Shown: piece by piece, positions 12,583-25,459 of the stretch
How the letters are laid out: each line of letters begins with the position of its first letter
Numbering within the stretch: the first letter of the stretch is position 1
Source: Eledone cirrhosa
Taxonomy: Eukaryota
Direction: 5' to 3'
Length of the DNA: 64,000 nucleotides
NCBI GenBank assembly: GCA_964016885.1
Contig: OZ024741.1
Location: 292,144,001-292,208,000 of the forward strand
Position numbers and translations under genes: made by a program
Notes under the pieces: generated by a model
Told to the model about the DNA's origin: nothing
The model's database searches: none
The model's input: the letters and a program-made list of their open reading frames with translations, nothing else

Positions 12583-13115
12583 AGGGTTTCAGATGTGCTT
12601 GCTATATTCCCAATAATAGTGCTAGTATTTGTATTTACATTTTTATATGAGAGAGAAGGGTTTGCGGTTGGGTGGTCATGGCTCGAAGGGTTGTTATTTG
12701 GTGAAATTATAGGGGATATAGTGTCTATAGAATCATGGTTGTTTTGGAAGTTATTGGTCAGATTGGGTATGTAATTCTTAGTTCCTATTAAGGATGAGGA
12801 AGATGGTAGTTGGTTGTAGGCTGATGTATTGTGTTGGTGAGGTGAGTGAGTGGATGTAACTGGTGGATAGGTAATAATATTTTCGTTATGCGTTGTAGTA
12901 TTCTTATAGTTAGTTTGTGTGTGGTGTGCTAGAGGTATACATGGATCTTTTTTACATTTATAGATGTTATATGCATTTATTTTTTGTTGTATATTGCTCG
13001 ATGTGGAGTTATACCATGTATGTATATATATATATATATATCCTTATCGAGCCCTCTTTGGATTTTAGTCTTCACACCTATTATTATTGCTATACACACA
13101 CACGCCCCCCCCCCC

Positions 13116-13188
<73 letters not shown>

Positions 13189-13390
13189 TATATATATATA
13201 TTATTTATATAATACAAGTCCAGATACAAGTCCTGAGGATCGCCTAGATATGAAACTTTAACTAACAAATGTTGTTAGCTGAAGTGTAACCAACACATTA
13301 TGTATGTAACTGTAACATAATGGGGCATTGGTTGTGCATGTGCCTTGTTTTGTACTTTATCTTGTATGAGATCAGACATACAAACACACA

Positions 13391-13420
<30 letters not shown>

Positions 13421-13426
<6 letters not shown>

Positions 13427-14270
13427 TAAAAGGAAAAGAAAATGCTGACAAATTGTTCCCAGTGAAAAATAGTTTAATTAGGAATAAGTAAAAATTAGTA
13501 ATAGTATTGGTTAGTATTCAGTTTTGGTTTTAAGGTTTTACCGGTTGCGCATTTCTAATGTTTTTCAAAAATAATTTTGAGATGGAGCGCCCGTGATGTT
13601 TGCTCTATTCTGATTAGTTTTGGAAATTCTACCTGTTTTCCCCCACACACGTACAGACACATTCCTACTAACCGCTCCCTCTACCACAAATTACTCTGCT
13701 ACACACACACACACACACACACATTTGTCTTAATAGGCATTTGAACTGTCAGCAAGCTGCGGTTCGCACACACATCCCTGCTGACCATTATCACAACAAC
13801 GAATCTCTTTACTACTACTACTACTACTACACACACACCACACACACACATATTTGTCTTGAGAGACTTATTTTTCAGTGACTTCTCAATCAGCCGAGAC
13901 AAACCTACATTTGGCTCAAAATCAATTTTTAACATTCACAAGACCTCTACAGACCAATCAAAATTGTTTTGACCACAAGAATTTTTTCATACATCTGGAG
14001 CCACTTTTTTTTTTTACATAAAACAGGTAGAATTTCCAAAACTAATCAGAATAGAGCAAACATCACGGGCGCTCTATCTCAAAATTATTTTTGAAAAGCA
14101 TTAGAAATGCGCAACCGGTAAAACTTAAAACCCAAACTGAATACTAACCAATATTATTACTAATTTTTACTTATTCCTAATTAAACTATTTTTCACTGGG
14201 AACAATTTGTCAGCATTTTCTTTTCCTTTTACCAATATATCATAACTCGTGTGTTACACCTCTATTCTTT

Positions 14271-14273
<3 letters not shown>
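13421..14273 (+). mobile_element. Element with ~220-bp terminal inverted repeats carrying variant hammerheads (family E/F)
   Basis: 13421-13639 is the reverse complement of 14020-14237; the right arm has TTT TTGAAAA GCATT-aga-AATGC GCAA CCGG TA AAA and the left arm the same with one stem II change; flanked by (TA)n. Confidence 0.8.
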
Positions 14274-14324
<51 letters not shown>

Positions 14325-14327
<3 letters not shown>

Positions 14328-14529
14328 CGATGGAAATGTAGTAAGGAACCAGGTGGACCATAACGCACCAAAGTACTCAATACTTAGGGTAGTAGAGTGG
14401 GTAATAGGAACGAGTATGACCCCGACGGCTGAGCTCAAGCCGTTTCGACGGCTAATTCTGGACTGAATTAGCTAGTCCAGAATTAGTCGTCGTAACGGCT
14501 TGAGCTCAGCCGTCGGGCTCCTACTCGTT

Positions 14530-14533
<4 letters not shown>
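14325..14533 (-). mobile_element. Fold-back element family H (hammerhead 3' half)
   Basis: Arms 14405-14464/14474-14533; minus strand AGCCGTC GAAA CGGCT-TGAGCTC-AGCCG TC GGGG; in (TA)n. Confidence 0.85.
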
Positions 14534-14581
<48 letters not shown>

Positions 14582-15192
14582 GTACGTATCCGAAAGGTAA
14601 GCGGAAAATAACAACTATATGTGTATGTGAGTGTCTGGCGTTGTGTGGTGTGCGTATGTATAATATTATATATATTTTATCGTTTGCTTGTTCCATATAC
14701 ACACATATAGAGGGCTGAGAAAAGAGGGTGTAGGGGAGGAAGAATTCATAGATTGATATATAGATCGATGGATGAAGAGAGAGAGGGAGAGAGATAGAGA
14801 GTGAGAGAGGGGAGGGTAGTGGTATATATTCACCTTATAAATAACAAATAAATATTCACCTTATAAATAACAAACTAACAAACTCTTGTTCTCGAAATCT
14901 GAATTAAAAATAATTACAAAAATAACGAAATTGATTCGATTTTCTTAAAAACCGAATTTTTTGAGAGATGCAGACTTTCCCGCCAACTGTTATATATAGA
15001 TATATATTTGGCGGGAAACTATATTGATCGTTTACTCTTTATTCATAAATATGTACCTGTATACACACACATTTATGTAAATATATATATATGTTTGTTT
15101 GTTTGTTTGTGTGTGTGTGTGTGTGTGTGCATTGCATTCCCAGTGTATAGAAGGTACTCAATATGTTAGTTGAGTATAGGTATATTCATTTT

Positions 15193-15311
15193 ATTATAGA
15201 AATGACTTCTACAGGCTTAAAACTGTTTCATTCGTAAGAACTCAACAAGGAAATCCTGGCGATTTCTTACGAATGAAACAATTCTATTCATGTAGAAGTC
15301 ATTTCTACAAT
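15193..15311. repeat. Degenerate fold-back palindrome around a hammerhead-like core
   Basis: TAGAAATGACTTCTACA..TGTTTCATTCGTAAGAA / TTCTTACGAATGAAACA..TGTAGAAGTCATTTCTA. Confidence 0.65.
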
Positions 15312-15680
15312 AATAATAAATTCTACTATAGGCACAAGGTCAGCATTTTTTAAGGGAAGGGATAGTAGACCAAATTGACCCCAGTGCATTACTGGTGGTT
15401 TATGTTATCGACCTCGAAAGGATGAAAGGAAAACTAGCCTTGGCTCAGAAAGTAAAAGGGCGTAACTCTATTCCTCACAATATGTTGTACGGCGCTCTAC
15501 TGATTCTGCTGAATAATTGTTTCTACTTTTGGCACAAGGCCAGTAATTATCTCAGTACGTTACTGGTACTTTATTTTATCGACCACGTAAGGATGAAAGG
15601 CAAAGTTAACCCCGGCGGGATTTGAACTCAGAACGTAAAGGGACGTAACTATGCTGTAAAGCATGGCGCCGATCCTCTAC
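15312..15680 (-). mobile_element. Two tandem SINE family A copies (15312-15512, 15514-15680)
   Basis: Both contain GGCACAAGG.CAG and ATCGACC..AAGGATGAAAGG; the first is more diverged. Confidence 0.85.
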
Positions 15681-15720
15681 AAATAATATTGGTTTCTGAT
15701 ATATAATATCTTAATATATA

Positions 15721-15874
15721 CCGTATTTCCCGGCGCCGAAGACGCTTCATCCTAATTTTGATAACCAAAAGTGTGAGAAAAAATAATAAACAATCTTCAG
15801 CCTCCAGGACGCATTGTAGATTGTTTAGACTTATTATAGTTAGAAAGTAGCGTCTTTCACACCGGGAAATACGG
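15721..15874. mobile_element. Tc1/mariner-superfamily (pogo-like) MITE
   Basis: TIRs CCGTATTTCCCGG..AAGACGC / GCGTCTT..CCGGGAAATACGG with TA on both sides. Confidence 0.85.
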
Positions 15875-17099
15875 TATATATTTCTAAAGCTTTTATGTCA
15901 CCTATATTCTTTAATTTTTTAAATCGAAACAATGAAAGGCTGATTATCTCAGATGATTAGACCTAATAATGCAACTGTCATCAGTTCAAACCCCAAACTA
16001 GCAAGCTTTCAGTTGTTTTTTGTTGTTTTTTTAATTCCCTTAAATAATGAGTTTGACTCCCTCGTAGATAGATTTTATCTTTTTCGCGCAAACATATAAT
16101 GCAAAGGTAATAACTTCTTCAAACACAGAATGGGATATATTCTGACTTGGCTTATTTTTGTTTTCTTTCTTTAAATATACGAAGAGCTACATCCCTCCCT
16201 TTTCACTTCCGCTTACCTTCAACAATTTTAACTTATCTTATTGACACTCGCAGCCACATACTATTACATCTTTCTTCTACTCTCCCTCTCATTCTTTTTA
16301 TATCTCTGTTTTTTTATCTCCTAATCTATCAGTTAATCTTAACTTACTTTGTCTCCTTTGTGTCTACATTGATATCTTCTGTAACATCAGTGTTCTCATA
16401 TTCACTAATCTTTCAGTGTGCATATTTACGTCTTTCTTTTAACATACAATTGCATTGCGTTTATTAATGATCGCTTCATCAATATTACTATAGAAAAGAC
16501 GTTCGCTACATAGAATGTCCTCTGCTGCCTAATATCGTATCTTATCAATTGCCTTTAGGTAAAACAGCAAGCACAACTTCACACCAATAGAAACTGTTTC
16601 TCATCAGGATTTAAAGGTCTTACTTGTCAATTCCTGTGTCTCTTTCTGTTTTATCCTGGTAGCTGAGCTTTCTGACATGGAAGTCTCCCACAACAAGAGA
16701 CCTGAAACCATCTCACCTTTTGCGTTGGAATCAGTTACCTGTTTAGAACAACAGCAGAGCATATTCTTCTCTACAGTTCTGATACTTGGACCTTGCAGTC
16801 TGGTTTACAGAGCTATTTAAATGGGTGTTACACTACCCTTCTAAGAAACACACAAAATATTCCTTAGGAGACCCTTTACATGTTTAATCAGAAGTACAGA
16901 AAACTCCCAAACGTAAATGCACGACTGAGTGAAAGTCGTACAACGTTTGCCTAACATAAGCAAGTTTAAGAGCAGCAACTTCAGATGAACAAGAAAGCCT
17001 GCTTTGCTCATAGCCAATTTTATGTAGGATCATCAAAAGTGCGAATTCGTTCCTCTCACCAACTCTAATACCTTTATTTATGCCCCTATTGCTACAAAT

Positions 17100-17312
17100 A
17101 ACGGTTTCTGATTTAAGCACAAGGCCAACAATTTTAGGCGAGGGAGAATTCGATTAAATCGACCCCAGTGCATTACTGGTGCTTCATTTAATCGACTTGA
17201 AAGAATGAAAGGCAAACTAGACCTTGGCGGGATTTGAGCGCACGGCGTGTAGAGTAGGAATAAATGCCGCAAAGCATTTTCTCCGACACTAACGATTCTG
17301 CCAATCCACCAC
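17100..17312 (-). mobile_element. SINE family A, full length, diverged
   Basis: Minus strand starts GGTGGATTGGCAGAATCG and ends GGCCTTGTGCTTAAATCAGAAACC. Confidence 0.85.
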
Positions 17313-17609
17313 CCTGCTACTGCTACATATAACAACGGTGTGCATCCTGAGGTATTGTCATAGCACAGTTCAGAATTCCTAATTCTATAATGATTTCAGA
17401 TCTAATGCTATAAAGCTGGAATTCATGGAAAATCATAATGTTATTTCTTTATTATTTCAAATATTGCCCCCCACCAGTTCATATATTTGAAAGTGTGTGT
17501 GTAGGCGGCGGGGCACTCCGCTTACCTAAGGTTACTATAAGAATAATTGTATTTCCGGTGGAGGTTCATTACGTACCACTCCAGCTTATACACTTTTTAG
17601 TCTGTAAAC

Positions 17610-18014
17610 CTGCGTTTCTCAATCGGTATTTCCCGAAACCCTAGGGTTGTACAAGATGTCGCTACAGGGTTCCACAAGATGTCGCTAGGGAATTCCACAA
17701 GAAACGGTGATAAACAAGCTAATGAATTTAGATATTAATAATTGTTTCTTCTTTTGGCACAAGGCCAGCAATTACCCAGTACATTACTGGTACTTTATTT
17801 TATCGACCCCCGTAAGGATGAAAGGCAAAGTTAACCTCGGCAGAATTTGAACTTAGACCGTAAAGAGTCGTAACTCTATGCGGCAAAAGCATAGCGTTCG
17901 ACCTTCTACTGATACTCCCAAAATAATGGTAGATAATACTTTTATGTAGGGGTTCTCTGAAACATGAAAACTATTTCAAAGGTCTCAAAAGGGTAAAAAG
18001 CTTAAGAATCGCTG
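17610..18014. mobile_element. hAT-type MITE with nested SINE A (17738-17920, minus)
   Basis: Ends CTGCGTTTCTCAA / TTAAGAATCGCTG; imperfect 8-bp TSD CTGTAAAC / CTCTAAAG. Confidence 0.65.
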
Positions 18015-18290
18015 CTCTAAAGGATTAAAGTATTTCAAGAAAACTATAAAATAATCTGTTCAATAATAGATCCATATTAATTAAAACTGTCTCACTTTCA
18101 CTTAATCCTGACTTCTTATTTAATACTAATCAATTAGCTATATGGTATTTGTAGAATTAAATTATGAACCATATTATGCATATTGAGCTAATATCTGTAA
18201 CAATGCATTCATTAAGCACTAAATTGATATAGACGTTTTGGGGGGAAAAGCTTCTTCCGTGAAAGCCATCTTTTCAAGAGAAATATATAC

Positions 18291-18366
<76 letters not shown>

Positions 18367-18375
18367 ACATATACA

Positions 18376-18598
18376 AAATGGCTGACTGAACACGCACGTG
18401 TTTCTCAATTTCCCCCACCTTCCTCTTCTCATTCATTATCTTTCTATTTCATCTTTTATTTCTCATTTCTACTTTCTATCCTCTGATGAAGGATTATTGT
18501 CCGAAACGTTAAGACTCTTTTTCTATTATTTCAAGCGTTAAACTAATATATTTTTTCACTGTTCTGTGTCGTTGCTTTGTTATTTCTGTTTACTTTTT

Positions 18599-18600
<2 letters not shown>
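18376..18600 (+). mobile_element. Short non-coding element with minimal hammerhead (family K)
   Basis: CTGATGA AGGA-ttattg-TCC GAAAC GTT AAGA at 18483-18514; whole unit homologous to 44760-44965 and 37398-37600. Confidence 0.8.
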
Positions 18601-18657
<57 letters not shown>

Positions 18658-18691
18658 TATATATGTGTGTATGTATATATATGTGTGTGAT

Positions 18692-18785
<94 letters not shown>

Positions 18786-19065
18786 CATACATACATGCAC
18801 AATCACACATATCAGGCGAGAATACAATATATTTTTTTAATTCACTACATTCTTACATTCTCTAACTTGCGTGTTTTTATCCAGTTCTTTAAGTCTTCGT
18901 TCATTCCTTTATTCGCTTAAGTTACTTCGTTATTCCAACTATTCCAACTCGTTCGTTTACTATGTATTTCATTCTATCAATCCGTCATTCAGCTTCTCAA
19001 ACCCTCATTTCTTCGTACATTCATTCATTCATAAATGTATTTTCCTATCACTGCTCATTGTTGTA

Positions 19066-19270
19066 ATCGTCGTCGTCGTCGTCGTCGTAGTAGTAGTAGT
19101 AGTAGTAGTAGTAGTATTGGTGGTGGTGGTGGTGGTGGGAGTGGGAGTGGAATTGGTAGTAGTAGTAGTAGTAGTAGCAGCAGCAGCAGCAGCAGCAGTA
19201 ATAGTAGTAGTAGTAGTAGTAGTAGTGGTAGTAGTAGTAGTAGTGGTGGTGGTGGTGGTGGTAGTAGTTG
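19066..19270. repeat. Compound trinucleotide microsatellite (CGT/AGT/GGT/CAG)
   Basis: Direct inspection. Confidence 0.95.
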
Positions 19271-19423
19271 CTTGTGTTTTTACTGTGATTGTTGTATCTG
19301 TGTTGCTGCACGAAATTGTTGCTTGTGTTTTTGTTATTTAACACTAGGTCATTGTTGAACAGAACTAGGAAACGCCGTTCCAGTCGTTTTAAAAAAGCAA
19401 GGGCACATGGAATATATATATAT

Positions 19424-19600
19424 AATTGTTTCTACTTTTGGCACAAGGCCAGCAATTACCCAGTGCATTACTGGTACTTTATTTTATCGACCCCGTAAGG
19501 ATGAAAGGCAAAGTTAACCTCGGCGGGATTTGAACTCAGAATGGCAAGGGCCGTAACTCTATGCGTCAAAGCATGGCGTCCGACCCTCTACCGATACTAC
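19424..19600 (-). mobile_element. SINE family A
   Basis: Near-consensus body, B-box and tail. Confidence 0.9.
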
Positions 19601-19747
19601 CGGTAATATCCGTAGTGGTAGAGCACTTAGTCCATGGGACGAGTTAGGTAGAAGTGGTTAAACAACAGTACAGTTATATATATATATGTAGAAGTTATAT
19701 ATATATATATGAAGTTATATATTTATTAAAATAACAGATTATATAAT

Positions 19748-20130
19748 TGTGCCCCTGTATTCACGGGAGTTACGTTCCTAGAGCACCCACGAAGAGTGGA
19801 AAACAGCGAATATTGGACGTGGTCCATAAAAATGCCTATAAACGTCAAAATATAATTTTTTAAAAAGGGAGCGTCTTATGCAAAGGAGCGTCCAATAGGC
19901 CGACAAATAAGGTATCATCATCATTCATCGTCATCATTTTACGTCCGCTTTTCCCTACTATTAATAATTTAGCGTTAAAAAAAAAAATATATATATATAT
20001 ATACATGTATTGCCATGAAAAAAGACATTAGAACATCGCTCGCGAAAGATATTTACGATGCCACGAATATGAAGTAGTTTCTAAGAAAAATTCCGCGAAT
20101 ACCGGGACCGCGAATGTCAGTGGTACACTG
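19748..20130. mobile_element. Tigger/pogo-like non-autonomous DNA transposon remnant
   Basis: Left TGTGCCCCTGTATTCACGGGAGTTACGTTCC, right CCGCGAATGTCAGTGGTACACTG followed by TA; imperfect TIRs. Confidence 0.55.
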
Positions 20131-20193
20131 TATATAGTTCAAGAAACAAGACGAAAACTGAGATGCAAAAAAAGCCTTCTTTTCACGCTTGGG

Positions 20194-20392
20194 CAGTTGA
20201 TTGGCAGTATCGGTGTAGCGTGAAACATGGTTACGTTCGTTTACGTTCTGAGTTGAAATCTCGCCGAGGTTACCTTTGCCTTTCGTCCTTACGGGGTCAA
20301 TAAAATAAAGTACCAGTAATGTACTAGGTTCGATTTCATCTTTCCTCTCCCCCAAAATTGGTAGCTTTGTGCCTAAATCAAAAACCATTATT
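20194..20392 (+). mobile_element. SINE family A
   Basis: TTGGCAGTATCGG head, GAGTTGAAATCTCGCCGAGG, central body and tail. Confidence 0.85.
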
Positions 20393-20516
20393 TTCACTCC
20401 TGGGAAGAAATAAATGAGAGTTTTAACATATCGGGCATTTTTTTAAGATCCCGTAATAGGGAGATAGCATCGATTCTTTGCTTCAACTTTAATCTACACT
20501 GCTACTAGTATTGCTA

Positions 20517-20559
<43 letters not shown>

Positions 20560-20561
<2 letters not shown>

Positions 20562-20712
20562 ACACACTGGAAGAGGAAGACCGAGGTTAACATATGTTGA
20601 TGCCCTAAGGACAGACACTGGTCTGTTGGAGACGAAGGACATGACAGCGATAATGAGGGACAGAGACCGCTGGAGAGAACTCGTCCATGGATCTCGGGAT
20701 TTTACCCGCCCT
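20560..20712 (+). pseudogene. RTE-type LINE ORF C-terminal fragment
   Basis: Translates GHTGRGRPRLTYVDALRTDTGLLETKDMTAIMRDRDRWRELV, the RGRP..D..M.DR..WR tail typical of RTE-group ORFs; between TA tracts. Confidence 0.75.
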
Positions 20713-20964
20713 ATATATATATATATATTATATACTCTACTACCCTAAGTATCGAGTACTCTGGTGCGCTATGGTCCACCTGGTTCCTAACCACACTTTC
20801 TTCGTTATATATATATACACATATACTAAAAGACGGATGGTCACAGCTGGAACGGCGTTCAACTAAGGTTTGCTTAATCGGGATATGATTTGAAGAAATG
20901 ATTTGCCTGCGCTGCTGTTGTGATAATCGTTGTTGTTTTTACAGTTGCTTTTGTTATGCTTGCT

Positions 20965-21910
20965 GTTGTTATTGTTTAACACTCGGTCAGCTCTGATCCA
21001 GTATATCTGGGCGCTACAGCAATAACTATTGCGCCTGAGTGTTTACATATAGTGCGTCTAAATCTAGATTATCTAACGCGCTCCTTTTCAGAAAGTGGGG
21101 TGTTATTTAAGGATCAATAGGTTGTTATTTCTAGTAGATCTTATTGTTTTATATCACTTAGCCTCAGGTCAAGAATGATCCAACATTTTTTTTTATCTCA
21201 GACATTCTAACTATTACCCCGCCCCACCCTTTGTTTTTACAGACGGAATCTAAGACTAAATGATGTAATCTGTCCTTCCTTCTTTAAACAGTGTGATGTT
21301 ATACTATAGAGATTTGACTGCTATTTCTAGCAAGCATCATCAATTGAAAGACCAAAGGAAACATTGTTTCCTTGGTCTGATTTAACGAGTTCCACCCCCA
21401 CTTGTTTAGCGAGGTAAATGAATTCTGGGATCTTGTCAATCGAACTCTATCAATTGTAGTTTAGCCCAAGATCAGCTCAGATCCAACAGATTAAAAACAA
21501 TCCAGCCATGACCACCCTGCCAGTTTTCAGAAAGTGTATTTAATACTAGTGTATCGAGGTATTTAACCTCATACCAATCCAGATCCATTAAACTATGATA
21601 AAATACATTCCATTCCGCGACCTGTTATTCAGACGTGATGTATCTATGATAACCTTATCTAATGTGTTACCCCTTCATTTTAAAGACTATATATGGTTGT
21701 ATTGTAAGGATATTTAGCTGTTATGTCCATCAGGACTTATTATTTAACCCCATGCCACTCCAGATCCAGCAGACATATGATCAAAGACCTTTTATTCCTC
21801 AACCATCCCGTCTGACATTCAAACATGGTGTATTTATGTTTGCAATTTTTTAATGTCGCACTTTTTCTTTTATGATTTAAGGAAGATTTACCTGTTATTT
21901 TTAGTAGGTC
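20965..21910 (+). repeat. Cluster of degenerate ~150-190 bp repeat units
   Basis: Recurring TTTAGCC..GGTCAGCTCTGATCCA.CA..TATGATCAAA.ACATTCCA and GATTTGACTGCTATTTCTAGCA; same family again at 28335-29010. Confidence 0.65.
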
Positions 21911-22129
21911 GAAACACTGCATACAGACACCTATTATAGCCCCGTGCCCAGAGCCCAATAATCCTGCCCCTTCCCTCTCCCTATGCTTCAGGGACACTAG
22001 AGTTCTTGCCATCCGCCCCTTCCCGTTTTTTTTCTTCTCAATCTAAATTTTCTTTTTTTATTTTCTTCTTCTATTAAACAGTATTTACAACATGAAAATT
22101 ATTTTGTTGTGCCATGATTCAATAAGTCC

Positions 22130-22350
22130 CGGATGTTCTCGAAGCGTCGGTTGTTTCAGGATTGGTGGGGTACCTGAGTCAACCCTGGGTGGTGATCCCG
22201 CCTACTGGGGAATTTTTCATTGTTGTATTTTCTTGTTATTTTGTTATTGTTATTTTTATTTTTACAGGTTTTAAATGTAAACCCCCATTGCCCCTGTCTA
22301 GTGTATCGCCCCCTATATGTTGGCCCCTTTCGCCAATAAATGAAACCATT
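22130..22350 (+). mobile_element. 5'-truncated LINE 3' end (Tx1/L1-like) with TSD
   Basis: ATTCAATAAGTCC at 22117-22129 and 22351-22363; ends GCCCC..AATAAA like 29440-29792. Confidence 0.6.
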
Positions 22351-22690
22351 ATTCAATAAGTCCTTTGACGGCTACTTGACTGCTATTTTTAGCAATTCGA
22401 GGGACCATCACACTGTTTCAGGTGTTTCTAGCTCTCCTATTATCCAATATATTCAGGGAATCTGACTGCTATTTCTAGCATATCAATGTGCAGTTTCCTT
22501 GGCTTGTTGGCTGGTCGGGTGTAACTATAGTTGTTAGTATTTGTCTTGTTGGTACTACTGCACCAACAACACTTCAACAGGTTGCAACAGCTAGATGTAG
22601 TCGCTACTGTACTGTTGCAGTTTTATAAATTGCATTATTTCAGTGAAACACATATTTAATAATTGTAAATTGTTTGTCATGGATAGATAG

Positions 22691-22738
<48 letters not shown>

Positions 22739-23169
22739 ATATACATATACACATTTATTTAATAACGTTTGGAGCCATTTGTCGATACTTTTGAATTTTT
22801 GCAAATACACGTGGTTTCTGACGGCAGCAATGATAGAACCATCCATCCATACACACACACTCACACACACAAACACATCTATGTGTGTGTGTGTGTGTGC
22901 ATAAATGAATACATACATACATACATATATATACACATTTACATACACACATTTATTTTATATAAATTTTATTGTTTCATATTCACTTATCTCCGCCTAT
23001 CTTGTTTTTTTGTTTCTTAACTGTAAGAAGTACTAAATACATCCTCTAGTCTGTCATGGCTTCCTAGCTCTACACGACCGTTTAAATTGATTAATGAAAT
23101 TTAAAAAAAACATATGAAATATGTATAAATATATGTATGTGTTTTTGTATTTGTTATATATATATATAT

Positions 23170-23268
23170 CAGGGTGACCCAAAAATGTATATACACTTCG
23201 ACAGCATTCTATTAAATATTGCTTGTCCAGGTAATCAAAGTATGTATACATTTTTGGGGGACACTTTG
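23170..23268. mobile_element. Tc1/mariner MITE, ~100 bp
   Basis: TIRs CAGGGTGACCCAAAAATGTATATACACTT / AAGTATGTATACATTTTTGGGGGACACTTTG in a TA tract. Confidence 0.75.
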
Positions 23269-23274
23269 TGTGAG

Positions 23275-23383
<109 letters not shown>

Positions 23384-23526
23384 GTATGTATATGTATATA
23401 TATATATGTATGTATATAAACATATATATATATGTATATATATATATGTTAAAACAAAACAACGAAGAGTGCAGTACGAAGTGTTAGTATTAGGTTCAGG
23501 CTTGAGAGTGTGGTGGGGGTGGATAC

Positions 23527-23581
<55 letters not shown>

Positions 23582-23871
23582 ACACACACATACACACACA
23601 CACGCATATATGTGTGCAGTCACAAACTGTAAAGTGTTGGCCAGGCAATATAACAACACTACAACAACCACTGTATACACCACCACCACCAACAACAACA
23701 ACAGCAACAATAAAACTGCACTTTACATTTCACAAATTTTCCTTCCCTCCTACTCCTATACTTTCCTATCTTTCTCCATTCCTCCATCACCTCCTCCCCT
23801 TTAGTGCTTTGTTGTCAACCAGCCGTGACGTAAATCTTCGTCAGACATATTGGCTTTTGTTGCCGGATCCA

Positions 23872-23872
<1 letters not shown>

Positions 23873-23902
<30 letters not shown>

Positions 23903-25200
23903 TGTATGTATGTATGTATGTATGTATGTATGTATGTATGTATGTATGTATGTATGTATGTATGTATGTATGTATGTATGTATGTATGTATGTATGTATG
24001 TATGTATGTATGTGTGTGTGTGCGTATGTATGTATGTATGTATGTATGTATGTATGTACGTATGTATGTACGTATGTATGTATGTATATATGTGTGTGTG
24101 TGCGTATGTATGTATGTATGTGTGTGTGTGCGTATGTATGTATGTATGTATGTATGTATGTATGTATGTATGTATGTATGTACGTATGTATGTATGTATG
24201 TTTTCTCTTTCTCTTAATTTCGAGTATATTTTTTTGACCGGCCACCTTCCTGGTGGCAAGGTTGTAAAAGAAAAGAAATTGTCATCCCTTGAATCGCAAG
24301 AATGTTTTGCAAATTTTGAAGGTGCCAGCTATCGCAGCCATTTGTAGACTATGAATTAGGGAGCTGCGCTTTTTGTCCACAAATCCAAGTTCAGTCATAC
24401 TTTGGTCCAAGCGGGTTGGTATATAACCCGTAGCATGTATGTATGTATGTATGTATGTATGTATGTATGTATGTATGTATGTATGTACGTATGTATGTAT
24501 GTACGTATGTATGTATGTATGTATATATGTGTGTGTGTGCGTATGTATGTATGTATGTGTGTGTGTGCGTATGTATGTATGTATGTATGTATGTATGTAT
24601 GTATGTATGTATGTATTACGATGTGGAAATATGTTTATGCATATGTTTGTGTATGTTTGTATATGAATGTCGGTTTCATGCATGTATGCATGTATGTGAA
24701 TGTACGTATGTATGTACGTATTACAATGTGGATATATGTTTATGTATATATGTATATGTGTGTGTGTGTGTATTTTTGTATATGAATGTCTGTTTTCATG
24801 TATATATGCATGCATGTGGATGTGTTTATATATGTATGTATGTACATATGTATAGATGTGTGCGTGTTTATATGCATGTATGTATATATATATATATATA
24901 TGCATGTGTCTGCATATGCATGCATGTGTGTGCATATGCATGCATGTCTGTGTATGGGTGTGTGTGTGTGTGTATGAATGTGTATGTATGTATGTGTACG
25001 TATGTATGTATGTATTTTTGTGTGTGAAAGTATATAATTCTGTGTACGTATGTGCATGTGAATGTATGCATGTATGGACGAATGTATGCATGTATCTATG
25101 TATGTATGAATGTATGCATGTACATACGTAATTGTTTGTATGTATATATGTTAGTATTTTCATGTGTGTGTGTATGTGTACGTATGTACTTTGGTATGTC
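23873..25200. repeat. (TATG)n microsatellite and degenerate derivatives
   Basis: Direct inspection; interrupted by a retroelement at 24199-24435. Confidence 0.95.
24199..24435 (-). mobile_element. R4/Dong-like (restriction-like endonuclease) non-LTR retrotransposon 3' end
   Basis: Translates ATGYIPTRLDQSMTELGFVDKKRSSLIHSLQMAAIAGTFKICKTFLRFKG*, matching the GALG.IP..L..LG..LQ.AA..GT..I.R.FL C-terminus of R4-clade ORFs; short 3' UTR running into (TACA)n. Confidence 0.75.
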
Positions 25201-25274
25201 TGTGTGTGCCGTGTGTATACAAGCATGTATGTTCTTTTTGTTGCTGCTGCTGTCATATAGTGTTGTTTTTCATT

Positions 25275-25445
25275 GGTAGAGGGTCGGACGCCATGCTTTG
25301 ACGCATAGAGTTACGTCCCTTTATGTTCTGAGTTCAAATCCCGCCGAGGTTAACTTTGCCTTTCATCCTTACAGGGTCGATAAAATAAAGTACCAGTAAT
25401 GTACTGGGTATTTGCTGGCCTTGTGCCTAAAGTAGAAACAATTAT
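25275..25445 (+). mobile_element. SINE family A
   Basis: Near-consensus copy. Confidence 0.9.
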
Positions 25446-25459
25446 ATTAATTGATGCTG

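Noticed and set aside
13225-13270. CTGAGGA..GAAAC hammerhead-like spacing
   Set aside because: Stem II does not pair and no stem I or III can be drawn; at best a decayed copy.
14976-15018. Inverted TTTCCCGCCAA / TTGGCGGGAAA pair resembling E2F sites
   Set aside because: No adjacent gene start; 11-bp arms around a TA tract are more likely a repeat remnant.
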